Origin: an uncultured delta proteobacterium
GTDB taxonomy: Bacteria > Myxococcota > Myxococcia > Myxococcales > Anaeromyxobacteraceae
DNA: 64,000 nucleotides
Assembly: GCA_963845515.1 (NCBI GenBank)
Contig: CAWJSR010000029.1
Span: 96,001-160,000 of the forward strand
Direction of reading: 5' to 3'
Under the pieces are notes generated by a model. It did no database searches. It was given only the letters and a program-made list of their open reading frames with translations, and had not been told where the DNA came from. Position 1 is the stretch's first letter; the number at the start of each line of letters is the position of its first letter. The position numbers were made by a program, and so were the translations under genes. Positions 42,325 through 52,145 of this stretch are shown one piece after another.

Positions 42325-43674
42325 ATGTACCGGCGCAACTCGTTGGTGGCGGCTTCGCTCCTCGCGCTGATCGGACCGCCCGCCAACGCGGGCATCTCGC
42401 CAGAGGAGGCCAGGCAGCTCGGCGAAGCGCTCACCCCGGTCGGGGCCGAGCGGGCTGGGAACGCCGACGGGACCATCCCGGCGTACGAGGGGGGCCTCAC
42501 GCGCCCGCCGCCGACGTTCCGGCCCGGCAGCGGGACGCGGCCGGACCCCTTCGCGGACGAGAAGCCCCTCCTCTCCATCGACGCCGGGAACCTGGAGCTC
42601 CACGCGGGCCGGCTCAGCGAGGGGACGAAGGCGCTGCTGCGGCGCCACGCGGACTTCCGCCTGGACGTGTACCCCACCCACCGCACGGTCGCCTTCCCTG
42701 CGTTCGTGACGGAGAACACGGTGAGGCAGGCGACCTCGGCGCGCACGGCCAACGGCGGCCTTTCGCTGGCGGGAGTCCGCGCGGCCTACCCCTTCCCGAT
42801 CCCGAAGTCGGGCTACGAGGCGATGTGGAACCACCTCGTTCGCTTCCAGGGCGTCTGCACCGCGAAGCGGATCGTCGCCTATCACGTCGAATCCTCGGGA
42901 CGCGCGACGCTCTCGAGCGCCGCCCAGGTGATCGAGAGCTATCCTTACTGGGACGCGGCGAGCCCGGAGTCCGACACCTACTTCCGCTTCCGGATCCGTT
43001 ACGACGCCCCGGCGCGGCGCGCGGGCGAGGGCTTCATGCTGATCGACCCCATCGACTACGTCGCGCGCGGCCGTCGATCCTGGCAGTACCTGCCCGGCCA
43101 GCGGCGGGTGAGGATGGCTCCGAACCTCGCCTACGACACCCCCAACTCGGCGACCGCGGGCGCCCAGACCTTCGACGACGCCCTCCTGTTCAACGGGAAG
43201 ATGGATCGCTTCGAGTTCACGCTCGTCGGGAAGCGGGAGCTCTACGTCCCGTACAACGCCTACCGTGCGGTCTACCAGTCGACGCCCGCGGAGCTGCTCG
43301 GGCCGCGTTTCCTCTCGCCCAGCGCCGTCCGGTGGGAGCTGCACCGCGTCTGGGTCGTGGACGCGCGCCTCCGCCCCGGAATGCGCCACGTCTACTCACG
43401 GCGGGTCTTCTACCTCGACGAGGACAGCTGGGCCGCGCTCCTGAGCGACCAGTACGACGCCAGGGGGGAGCTCTACCGGGTCGGCGTCACGCTCATGGCG
43501 CCTAGCTACGACCTCCCCTCGCCCTTCGCCGACCCCTTCCTGCACTACGACCTGGCCACGGGCGTGTACGCCCTCAACGGCTGGCCCAGCGCCGGCGGCT
43601 GGCTGCGCCACGGCGAGTGCAGGGGAGAGAACGAGTGGTCCCCTGACGCCCTGGCGGGCGCGGGGATCCGCTGA
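42325..43674 (+). CDS. DUF1329-family periplasmic protein
   Basis: LTPVGAERAGNADGTIPAYEGG, VYPTHRT, PFPIPKSG.E..WNH, WQYLPGQRRVR.AP, RWELHRVWVV, YLDEDSW. Confidence 0.9.
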   Translation: MYRRNSLVAASLLALIGPPANAGISPEEARQLGEALTPVGAERAGNADGTIPAYEGGLTRPPPTFRPGSGTRPDPFADEKPLLSIDAGNLELHAGRLSEGTKALLRRHADFRLDVYPTHRTVAFPAFVTENTVRQATSARTANGGLSLAGVRAAYPFPIPKSGYEAMWNHLVRFQGVCTAKRIVAYHVESSGRATLSSAAQVIESYPYWDAASPESDTYFRFRIRYDAPARRAGEGFMLIDPIDYVARGRRSWQYLPGQRRVRMAPNLAYDTPNSATAGAQTFDDALLFNGKMDRFEFTLVGKRELYVPYNAYRAVYQSTPAELLGPRFLSPSAVRWELHRVWVVDARLRPGMRHVYSRRVFYLDEDSWAALLSDQYDARGELYRVGVTLMAPSYDLPSPFADPFLHYDLATGVYALNGWPSAGGWLRHGECRGENEWSPDALAGAGIR

Positions 43675-44618
43675 TGCCGGCGACGCTCGCGGCGGTGATC
43701 CTCGCCGCGGCGGCGCAGGCGCCGGCGTTCGTCGACCCGCTGGACGTCCCCGCCGCGCCGAGCGGCCTTGCGGTCCGGAGTCCCCTCTCCGCCGTGGCGG
43801 TGGCCGGCGCCAGGCTCGTCGCGGTGGGCCAGCGCGGCCACGTGCTCTGGTCCAAGGACGCCGGCGCGACCTGGACCCAGGCCCGCGTCCCGGTGAGCAC
43901 CGATCTCACCGCCGTCTGCTTCGCCTCTCCCGTGCTCGGCTGGGCGGCCGGCCATGCCGGCGTCGTCCTCCGCACGCTCGACGGGGGGCGCAGCTGGGAG
44001 CGGCAGCGCGACGACCGCGACGCCGGCTCCGACGGCTCCCTCCTCGACATCTGGTTCGCCGACGAGCGACGCGGCTTCGCGGTCGGTGCGTTCGGCCTGA
44101 TCCTGGGGACGGAAGACGGGGGCGCCACGTGGACGTCCTGGCGGGACCGGACGGAGAACCCGAGGCGGCTGCACCTGTATTCGATCGCGAGCGGTGACGG
44201 CGCGGTCTGGATCGGGGGCGAGCAGGGGCTCCTCCTGAGGCTCGACGAGAGGCGCGGGCGCTTCCGGGCCGTGCGCGTGCCGTACGGAGGCACCTTCTTC
44301 GGCGTCGGGGCGTGCCGGGAGGCCGTCCTCGCCTGGGGGCTGCGGGGGAACGTCGTCAGGACCGTGGACGGCGGCGTGAGCTGGCAGCAGGTGAAGGCCG
44401 GCCTGGACGCCACCCTCACCGGGGCGACCGTCGCCACCGATGGACGGCTCGTGCTCGTCTCGCTGGCGGGACAGCTCGCCGTCAGCGACGACTGCGGCAC
44501 GACGTTCCGGACCGTGGCGGCTGGCGGACGCGCGGGCGCCTCTGCGATCGCCCCCGCCGGGCCGGACGCGATCGTCGTCGTGGGCGCCGAGGGCGCGCGC
44601 GTCGAGCCGCTTCGCTAG
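43674..44618 (+). CDS. YCF48-like / BNR-repeat beta-propeller protein
   Basis: Repeated Asp-box S/T-x-D-G-G-x-T/S-W; AVGQRGHVL, GFAVGAFGLI. Confidence 0.88.
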   Translation: MPATLAAVILAAAAQAPAFVDPLDVPAAPSGLAVRSPLSAVAVAGARLVAVGQRGHVLWSKDAGATWTQARVPVSTDLTAVCFASPVLGWAAGHAGVVLRTLDGGRSWERQRDDRDAGSDGSLLDIWFADERRGFAVGAFGLILGTEDGGATWTSWRDRTENPRRLHLYSIASGDGAVWIGGEQGLLLRLDERRGRFRAVRVPYGGTFFGVGACREAVLAWGLRGNVVRTVDGGVSWQQVKAGLDATLTGATVATDGRLVLVSLAGQLAVSDDCGTTFRTVAAGGRAGASAIAPAGPDAIVVVGAEGARVEPLR

Positions 44619-44626
44619 GGGGGCGG

Positions 44627-46942
44627 ATGGCCTCGCTCGAACGATTCGTCTTCGCGCATCGGCGGCCCATCCTCGCCGCGGCGGCCGTCGTGACCGTCGC
44701 GCTCGGCGCCGTGGGCTCGACCCGGTGCGTCGTGAACGCCGACTTCGAGAAGATGATCCCGACGGGCCACCCCTACGTGCGGAACTACCTCGCGCACCGG
44801 GGCGCGCTCCGCGGGCTGGGAAACTCGCTCCACGTCGCGTTCGAGAGCACGGCAGGGAGCGTCTACGAGCGCGACTACCTGGAGGCGCTCAGGAGGATCA
44901 CCGACGAGCTCTTCCTGATGCCCGGCGTCGATCGCGCCTGGGTGAAGTCGCTCTGGATGCCCGCGGTGCGCTGGACCGAGGTGACCGAGGAGGGCTTCCG
45001 CGGTGGGCCGGTGATGCCCGACGACTACGACGGCTCCCCCGCGTCGATCGAGGCGCTGCGCCGGAACGTCGCCCTGGCGGGGCTCGCTGGCGGCCTCGTC
45101 GCGCGCGACGAGCGCTCGAGCCTCGTCTTCGTCCCGCTGCTCGATCGCGACCCGGTGACCGGGGCGCGGATCGACTACGGCGCCCTATCGACCCGGCTGG
45201 AGCGGGTCCGCGAGTCCTTCGAGGGGAGCGGCGCGCGGATCCGCGTCCACGTGGTGGGCTTCGCGATGGTGGCGGGAGCCCTGCTCGACGGGATCGCCGC
45301 GATGGCCTCCTGGTTCGCCGCCGCGGCCGCCATCGCGACCGCGGCCCTCCTCCTCTACTCGCGCTGCGTCCGAGGCACGGCGCTCGTCGTGGGCTGCTCC
45401 GCCGTCGCGCTCGTCTGGCAGGTGGGGATCGTGACGGCGCTCGGGATCCCGCTCGACCCGTTCTCCGTACTCGTCCCGTTCCTGGTCTTCGCGTTGGGGG
45501 TCTCGCACGGCGCCCAGCGGCTCAACGGCATGCTGCGGGAGGTGGGACGGGGCGCCGAGCGCGGCGCCGCCGCGCGCGCCTCCTTCCGGACGCTGTTCGG
45601 GGCCGGCCTCACCGCGCTGCTGACGGACGCCGTGGGCTTCGGCGCGCTCCTGCTGGTCGCGGTCCCCGCGATACGGCAGATGGCCCTGACCGCCGCGGTC
45701 GGCGTGGGCGTACTCATCGTCACGAACCTCGTCCTCCTGCCCCTCCTGCTCGGCTGGGCCGGCGTCAGCCGGAAGGCCGCGGAGCGGACGGTCCGGCGCG
45801 AGGAGGGCCTGGGAGGCCGGCAGGCCTGGCGGCTCCTCGGACGGCTCACCGAGCGCCGCCCCGCGGCGGTGGCGCTGCTGCTCGCTGCGGCGGCGACGGG
45901 AGGAGGGCTCCTGGCCGCGCGTGGCCTCGTGATCGGCGACCTCGAGCCGGGCGCCCCGGAGCTGCGCCCGACGTCTCGCTACAACCGGGACGACGCGTTC
46001 CTCGCGGCGCACTACGACCTGACCGGCGACCGGTTCGCCGTGATCGTCAGGACGCCACCCGAGGGCTGCAGCTCGCACCGGACGCTCGTCGAGGCGGACC
46101 GGCTCGGCTGGGAGCTGCGCCAACTCCCCGGCGTCAGGACGACGGCCTCGCTCGCAGACGCGGTCCGGCAGATCACCGCAGGCTCCTTCGAAGGGAGTCC
46201 GAAGTGGCTGACGCTCTCGCGCGACCAGGCGGTGCTCGACTACGCGGCGCAGCAGGCCGTGACGCGCAACCCGGAGCTCTTCGACGTCGACTGCGCGGTC
46301 ATGCCGGTCGTCGCCCACCTCTCCGACCACCGCGAGGAGACCCTGGCCCGCGTCGTGCGGGCCGCGCAGGGCTTCGCCGCGAGCCACTCGAGCCCGGAGC
46401 GATCCTTCCTGCTCGCGGCCGGCGACGCGGGGTTCGAGGCCGCCACGAACTCCGTGGTGAAGGGGGCCCTGGGGTGGATGACCGCCGCCGTCTTCGCGTC
46501 GGTGATGATGCTCTGCTTCCTCTCGCTGCGCAGCTGGCGCGCGGTCCTCGTGACGGTGATCCCGCTCGCCGTCACCACCGTGCTCTGCGAGGCGCTCATG
46601 GCCTGGCTGGGGATCGGCGTGAAGATCGCCACCCTCCCGGTCATCGCGCTCGGCGTCGGGATCCCCGACTTCGCCCTCTACCTCGTCTCGATCCAGCTCG
46701 CGCACCAGCGTGCCGGCGTCCCACTCGACGAGGCCTGGGGCCGGGCCCTCCGCTTCACCGGCCGAGTGGTCGCGCTGGTCGGAGTCACGCTCGCGGCGGG
46801 CGTCGTCACCTGGGCGTGGTCGCCCATCCGGCTCCAGGCCGACATGGGGGTGCTGCTGACCTTCATGTTCCTCGGGAACATGGTCGCTGCGCTGGTGCTC
46901 GTGCCGGCGCTGTCGCGCCTCTTCCTGTCCTCCGTCCGCTGA
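44627..46942 (+). CDS. RND/MMPL-family transporter
   Basis: ADFEKMIPTGHPY, VTEEGFRGGPV, LVPFLVFALGVSHG, GAPELRP.SRYN.D, LPVIALGVGI.D, QADMG.LL.FMF; two TM bundles. Confidence 0.9.
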   Translation: MASLERFVFAHRRPILAAAAVVTVALGAVGSTRCVVNADFEKMIPTGHPYVRNYLAHRGALRGLGNSLHVAFESTAGSVYERDYLEALRRITDELFLMPGVDRAWVKSLWMPAVRWTEVTEEGFRGGPVMPDDYDGSPASIEALRRNVALAGLAGGLVARDERSSLVFVPLLDRDPVTGARIDYGALSTRLERVRESFEGSGARIRVHVVGFAMVAGALLDGIAAMASWFAAAAAIATAALLLYSRCVRGTALVVGCSAVALVWQVGIVTALGIPLDPFSVLVPFLVFALGVSHGAQRLNGMLREVGRGAERGAAARASFRTLFGAGLTALLTDAVGFGALLLVAVPAIRQMALTAAVGVGVLIVTNLVLLPLLLGWAGVSRKAAERTVRREEGLGGRQAWRLLGRLTERRPAAVALLLAAAATGGGLLAARGLVIGDLEPGAPELRPTSRYNRDDAFLAAHYDLTGDRFAVIVRTPPEGCSSHRTLVEADRLGWELRQLPGVRTTASLADAVRQITAGSFEGSPKWLTLSRDQAVLDYAAQQAVTRNPELFDVDCAVMPVVAHLSDHREETLARVVRAAQGFAASHSSPERSFLLAAGDAGFEAATNSVVKGALGWMTAAVFASVMMLCFLSLRSWRAVLVTVIPLAVTTVLCEALMAWLGIGVKIATLPVIALGVGIPDFALYLVSIQLAHQRAGVPLDEAWGRALRFTGRVVALVGVTLAAGVVTWAWSPIRLQADMGVLLTFMFLGNMVAALVLVPALSRLFLSSVR

Positions 46943-46948
46943 ACCCGC

Positions 46949-47776
46949 TCAGCGGACGCCGCCGGGCTGGCGCAGCAGGTTCACGACCCACAGGAGGACG
47001 GTCCCCACGCCCCTCCCCTCCCGGAACAGCTGGAGGATCGGGTTGCCCTCGCGCCGCTCCTCGCGGGCCACGTACCGGACGTCCCCTCCCGCCGGTGCGC
47101 CGGGGTCGATCCGTACGATCCACCGCGCGAGCCGCTCCGGGTCCCTCCCCCGCAGCGCCAGGAACTGGAGGGACTCCGGCAGCCAGACCGCCATCGGCAC
47201 GAGCAGCGCGAGCGGGACCAGCCCTCCGACCCAGAAGACCGAGCGCCAGCCGTGCGCGGGGATGAGCCACGCCGACAGGAGGCCACCCAGCACCGCGCCC
47301 ACCATGAAGCCGTTCGTGACGATCATCATCGTCGCGACCCGGCTCCGGCTCGGGCTGTACTCGCCGACGAGCGCGGTCGCGTTGGGCATCATCGCGCCCA
47401 GGCCGAGGCCAGCGAGGAAGCGGATCCCATGGAGCTGCGGCAGAGTGGCCGCGAACGCCGTCAGCAAGGTGAAGGCGGCGAAGACGAGGGTGGCCACGAG
47501 CAGCACGGGGCGCCGGCCGATCCGGTCCGCGACGACACCGGAGGCGATCGACCCGAGGAAGAGCCCGAGGAGGCCGGCCCCGAAGACGGTCCCCATCCGC
47601 GCGCTCGGGAGCCCCCATTCGCGGACGAGCGCCGGGGCGACGTAGCCCATCGCCTGGAGGTCGAAGCCGTCCATGACGAGGCACGCGCCGAGCAACACGA
47701 ACACGCCGACGCGGAAGCGCCCCAGCCGCGCCGTGTCCACGACCCCAGCCACGTCCACCTCGCGGACTCCAGCCAT
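46949..47776 (-). pseudogene. Aromatic acid:H+ symporter (PcaK/BenK-like MFS), N-terminal half only
   Basis: MDGFDLQAMGYVAP, ADRIGRR, RFLAGLGLG..MPN, GWRSVF, LPES; ends at 275 aa at the start of TM7. Confidence 0.8.
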
Positions 47777-47795
47777 CGCGCCCCCCGTCCCGCGC

Positions 47796-50270
47796 CTACC
47801 TCAACGCCCCCACCGGCTCGCCCGGCGAGAGGTCGATCGCGACGCGGAAGCCTGCCTCGCGCGGGTCGAACAGCCCGTCGCAGTCGTTGAACCGCACCTG
47901 AGCCGAGAGCCGGAAGCAGCGGCACGGCGAGTCCCAGACGAAGGAGGCCGCGTGCTGCTGGACGTGCAGCGCGCTCAGGCGCCGGGTGTCGCCGGCGCCC
48001 GTGGCGTCGCAGCTCCCGACCGTCACGTCGCGCCCCGGGAAGAGGACGTCGTACCCGAAGGTCGCTGGGCCTAGCGGGAGCTTGAAGCCCACGCTGGCCT
48101 GCGAGGAGGCGTCGAGCGGTGTCGGGCGCAGGTCGAAGAGTGCGTCGACGCCTCCTTGCTCGGACGCCGGACCGCCCGCGCCCACCGAGCGGAGGCGCGC
48201 GTGCAGGTCGTGGCCGCGCCCGGTCAGGAAGCGCAGCGTCCCGCTCACCTCGGTCCAGTCGTCGAGGGCGAGCGGCGTCGCGGTCGGGACCGGCGGGCGC
48301 GTCGCGAAGCCTGCGTAGCGCGCCACTCCCTCGGCGGTCAGGGGCCCGATCGACGCCCGCAGCGTCGCGAAGCTCTCGGCCAGGTCGGACGCGCGCAGGT
48401 CGAAGTCCTGGCCCAGCTCGAAGCTGAGGAGCTCCTCCCCCGACCGACCCGCGAGCCGCGTCTCGATCGACGCGCGCCCCTGCTGAAACGCGCCCGGGGG
48501 TGCGGCGGAGAGCAGCCGCGGGGCGTCGAAGGATGGGGCGGCGCCCGGTGGCACCTCGCCGCCGCGATCCCACCCGTCGTATCCGAACGCCGGGAGCGCA
48601 CCGCCGGCGACGCCGGTCCCGATGCGCCACGCAAGCCGCGGGACGATGGAGTGCCGGAGCGCCCCGAAGCGGCGGGAGAGCTCCGTCTCTGCCGTCGCGC
48701 CGGCAGCGCCCCATGCGTTGGCGATGGCGTCGACCGCGGCGTCGAACGCGTGAGCGCTCACGGCACCGCGCAGGAAGGGCGCCAGCCTCAGCCAGCGTCC
48801 TACCGCCAGCGGGTACGAGAGCTCGGCCCTGACCGCCGCGCGGGTCGCGGCCAGCCGCTCGCCCGGCTCGAAGCGGCCGTCGAGCTGGCCCGGGTCCGGA
48901 GCCGACGGAACCCAGCCGCGATCGCCGGCGCCCTTGCCGTCGGCGCCGGCGTCGTTCGTCGTCCCCGAGAGCGGGCCGAACCGCGCCACCTCCGCCCGGC
49001 CGGACGCGAGCAGCCCCCCTGCGAGTCGCGTTGGCAGGAGGAGCGCCGCGAGCGCCGGCCCGCGGTGGAAGGTCGGCAGGCCAGCGCCGAAGAGGCCATA
49101 GGAGAGTCCGTCGACGCCCGCGAGCGATCGGTCGCGGGCGAGCGGCAGGAGCCACGAACCGCTCGCCTCCTCCACCACGTCGTCTCCGCGACGGGAGACC
49201 AGGAGCGCCGAGCGCTGGTAGGTGGCGTCTCCCCGAAGGACGTCCGACGAGAAGTCGCTGACGTAGAGGGGGTCGCCGACCAACTCCAGCTCCAGCCGAA
49301 GGTGCGTCCGCTCGCCCAGCCGCTGATCGTGCAGCCCGCTCACCGCCACGCGGGCGCCGTCGGTTCCGCCTTCCTCCGCACGAAGATCGTGGAGGTAGTC
49401 GACGCGGACCCGGCCAGCCGCTGCCTCCGCGGGCGCCCAGCGGAGTTCCAGCGCGCCCGTGAAGCCTCGGAGGGCGGTGCCGCCGAAGGCCCACCCCGCC
49501 CACGCGGTCGCGTCGGCGCTCCGCCCCAGCGTCACGAAGAGCGGCTCCACCAGCGTGACGCCGCCCTTCCCGTTTCTCTGGAGCTCGGGCAGCAGCAGCC
49601 CGGTCTGCCGCTCACCCAGCGGCACCCAGAGCCACGGGAGCGCCAGGACCGGCACCGGCTTCTCGACCAAGAGGAAGCGCGGGGTGATCCACAGGACCGG
49701 CCAGCTGAGCACGGCCCGTTCCCCGGGCCTCACGTCGGCGCTCCGCGCGCGAAGCTCCCACGACGGGGCGCAGCCTTCAGGACAGCTGCACATCGTCGCC
49801 CGCGCATCGGAGAGCATGATGCTGCCGTCCGCCGATCCGGTGGCTCGGCCGGCATGGAGCGTCAACCGGCGGCGAGCGATCCGTCCGACCTCCTCGGGCG
49901 AGCGCGCCGCCGCCAGCGAAGCGGGGTCGTCGACGAAGAAGATCGAGGGCTCCTCCGCCTCGTAGACGCCGCCCACCTCTCCTCGCAGCGCGCGCGCGAC
50001 TACCGCACGGGCTCCGTCTACGAGGAGGGCCCCCCCGGTCGCCTCCACGTGACCGGTCGCCGGGACGAAGCGGGCCTCCGGCGCGCGCAGGACGAGGGAG
50101 CCACGGCGCAGCAGCAGCCCGCCGCGGAGCAGCAGCTCTCCCGATGGGACGTCCCACGAAGCCTCCGGGGCCTCGACGTGGATGGGCGGCTGGCCGCCCT
50201 CCGTTCTGGCTGGCGGCTCCGCGGCGGCCTGCGCAAGGAGCGCGGCCGCGGCGAGCGAGACGAGTTGCAC
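47796..50270 (-). CDS. lptD: LPS-assembly protein LptD-like
   Basis: Signal peptide, jellyroll N-domain, T.CSC...PSW.LRA, ERQTGLL.P, P.FVTLGRSADAT barrel start; C-terminal Cys cluster. Confidence 0.75.
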   Translation of the reverse strand: MQLVSLAAAALLAQAAAEPPARTEGGQPPIHVEAPEASWDVPSGELLLRGGLLLRRGSLVLRAPEARFVPATGHVEATGGALLVDGARAVVARALRGEVGGVYEAEEPSIFFVDDPASLAAARSPEEVGRIARRRLTLHAGRATGSADGSIMLSDARATMCSCPEGCAPSWELRARSADVRPGERAVLSWPVLWITPRFLLVEKPVPVLALPWLWVPLGERQTGLLLPELQRNGKGGVTLVEPLFVTLGRSADATAWAGWAFGGTALRGFTGALELRWAPAEAAAGRVRVDYLHDLRAEEGGTDGARVAVSGLHDQRLGERTHLRLELELVGDPLYVSDFSSDVLRGDATYQRSALLVSRRGDDVVEEASGSWLLPLARDRSLAGVDGLSYGLFGAGLPTFHRGPALAALLLPTRLAGGLLASGRAEVARFGPLSGTTNDAGADGKGAGDRGWVPSAPDPGQLDGRFEPGERLAATRAAVRAELSYPLAVGRWLRLAPFLRGAVSAHAFDAAVDAIANAWGAAGATAETELSRRFGALRHSIVPRLAWRIGTGVAGGALPAFGYDGWDRGGEVPPGAAPSFDAPRLLSAAPPGAFQQGRASIETRLAGRSGEELLSFELGQDFDLRASDLAESFATLRASIGPLTAEGVARYAGFATRPPVPTATPLALDDWTEVSGTLRFLTGRGHDLHARLRSVGAGGPASEQGGVDALFDLRPTPLDASSQASVGFKLPLGPATFGYDVLFPGRDVTVGSCDATGAGDTRRLSALHVQQHAASFVWDSPCRCFRLSAQVRFNDCDGLFDPREAGFRVAIDLSPGEPVGALR

Positions 50271-50279
50271 CCCGTACTT

Positions 50280-52058
50280 CTACTTCAAAGGCTCGTCGGC
50301 CGGGGGCTCGTCGGCCGCTGGCTGGTCGCCGGCAGGTGCCGTCGCCGGCTCGGCGGTGGGGGCCTCCGCGGGGCGCTCGAAGTCGATCGCGAGCAGGTCC
50401 CCCTCCACCTTCTGCTGGTAGGGGACCCGCTGCTTCAGCTTGATCTCGACGACGTAGGAGCTCCCCTGCTTCGACGGCGTGATGAGCGCCACCGCCGACG
50501 GGAAGAACGAGGTGTCCATGAAGCGCGTGTCGTTCCGACGCGCCACCCGCGTGTTCTCGAACTCGACGCGGACGACGTTCTCGCCGATGTCCTGGACGGT
50601 GAAGCGCGGCGTCACGTCGGTGCGCACGAAGACCCGCGAGGTGCCGGGCAGCTGCCTGAAGCCGATCTCCTTCAGGCGGGCCACGGGCGACTCCGAGACG
50701 AGCCGGTCGGTCGCGCCGGCGCGCGCAGCCGCGCGCTCCAGCCTCGCCGCCTCGCGCTCCGCCTTCGCCGCCTCGGCGCGGGCGAGCCGCTCCTCCTTGG
50801 CGCGGGCCTTGGCCTCGGCGGCCTCCTGCCGCTTGCGCTCCGCCTCGGCGCGCCTGTCGGCCGCCGCCTGCTGCGCCGCGGTCCGCTTCTCGGCCGCCGC
50901 CTGCTCTGCCGCCGCCTTGCGCTCGAAGGCCGCCTGCTGCGCCGCGGTCCGCTTCTCGGCCGCGGCCTGCTCCGCCGCCGCCCGCCGATCCGCGGCCTCC
51001 TGCTTCTTGCGCTCCGCCTCCGCGAGACGCTCCGCCGCCGCCGCCTGGGCCGCGGCCTTCCTCTCCGACGCGGCCTGCTCCGCCGCCGCGCGCTTCTCCG
51101 CGGCCGCCTGCTCGCGGGCGACCCGTGCCTCCTCGCGCGCCTGACGCTGCTGCTCGAGCCTCGCCTGCCGCTCCTCCTGAGCGCGCGCCTTTGCGTCCGC
51201 AGCTTCCTGCGCCTTCTGCTCGGCCGCCGCCCTCTTCTCGGCTGCCGCCTGCTCGCGCGCCTGCCGCTCCTCGTCGGCGCTGGACGCCGCGGGGGTCCGC
51301 TCCTGGAGTCGGTCCTCCTCGACGACCGGCGTCCCCCCGGCTGGCTCCGCCTCGGCGCGCTCCTTGACCTCGCGCGCGCGCGCCTCGGCCGCCGCCTGGG
51401 CCGCGGCCTCCTCCTGCGCCTTCGCCTCCGCCTGCTCGCGCTCGCGCCGCTCCTGCTCGGCCTTGGCGCGAGCGTCGGCAGACGCCTGAGCCTCCTGCGC
51501 CCTGAGCGCCTCCTCGGCGCGAGCCTTCTCCTGCGCCTCGACGCGCGCCTGGGCGTCCGCCTCCGCGCGAGCCTTCGCCTCGGCCTCGGCGCGGACCTTC
51601 GCGTCGGCCTCCTCCTTGGACTTGCGCTCCGTCTCCTCCTGCATCGCCACCGCGGCCGCGCCTGCGGGCTTCTGGAAGCGGACGACGAGGGTGTTCCCCT
51701 CGGACTCCGGCGTCTCCGGCGGATCGACCTCGACCGCGAACGCGATCATGATGCGCGCGATCGACGTCACGTCCGAGCCGTAGGACAGGTTCTTGATGAC
51801 GTTTACGAAGCCATCCCCGACCTCGATGTCGGGAGGGACGCCCTGGAAGCGGCTCTCCGAGAGGTCGATCACGAACCGCGGTGGATCGGCCATCGAGAAG
51901 GTCGTGAAGTTCGGCGGACGCGTGCCCTGGATGACGATCGAGACGGCAGTCCCCTCGTCCTTCACCTTCACCGAGGTGATCTCGTTGATCTTCACCTGCG
52001 CCTGGGCGGCGCCGGTGAAGAGCAGGAGTGCAAGCGTAGATAGGTGGCGAGCGCGCAT
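50280..52058 (-). CDS. Periplasmic double-AMIN-domain protein with long charged Ala-rich helical spacer
   Basis: Signal peptide; N-terminal AMIN (FSMADPPRFVIDL); roughly 300-aa E/K/R/A/Q helix; C-terminal AMIN-like domain (SRVFVRT...RFMDTSFF). Confidence 0.8.
   Translation of the reverse strand: MRARHLSTLALLLFTGAAQAQVKINEITSVKVKDEGTAVSIVIQGTRPPNFTTFSMADPPRFVIDLSESRFQGVPPDIEVGDGFVNVIKNLSYGSDVTSIARIMIAFAVEVDPPETPESEGNTLVVRFQKPAGAAAVAMQEETERKSKEEADAKVRAEAEAKARAEADAQARVEAQEKARAEEALRAQEAQASADARAKAEQERREREQAEAKAQEEAAAQAAAEARAREVKERAEAEPAGGTPVVEEDRLQERTPAASSADEERQAREQAAAEKRAAAEQKAQEAADAKARAQEERQARLEQQRQAREEARVAREQAAAEKRAAAEQAASERKAAAQAAAAERLAEAERKKQEAADRRAAAEQAAAEKRTAAQQAAFERKAAAEQAAAEKRTAAQQAAADRRAEAERKRQEAAEAKARAKEERLARAEAAKAEREAARLERAAARAGATDRLVSESPVARLKEIGFRQLPGTSRVFVRTDVTPRFTVQDIGENVVRVEFENTRVARRNDTRFMDTSFFPSAVALITPSKQGSSYVVEIKLKQRVPYQQKVEGDLLAIDFERPAEAPTAEPATAPAGDQPAADEPPADEPLK
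50863..50963. repeat. Intragenic repeat with 66-bp period (11/22-aa periodicity) in the AMIN spacer
   Basis: 35 identical nt GCCGCCTGCTGCGCCGCGGTCCGCTTCTCGGCCGC at 50863 and 50929, encoding AAEKRTAAQQAA; degenerate copies extend to about 51260. Confidence 0.8.
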
Positions 52059-52145
52059 GGATCGGCTCCGTCTCAGATTCTGCGCGAGGATAGCACCCGG
52101 CGAGCGAACCGAAAGAAACGGGGTCCCTGCGATATCGCGCCGGCG

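Noticed and set aside
50860..51260. Periodic DNA repeats as a CRISPR array
   Set aside because: They are in-frame coding repeats within the AMIN protein, with no unique spacers and no cas genes.
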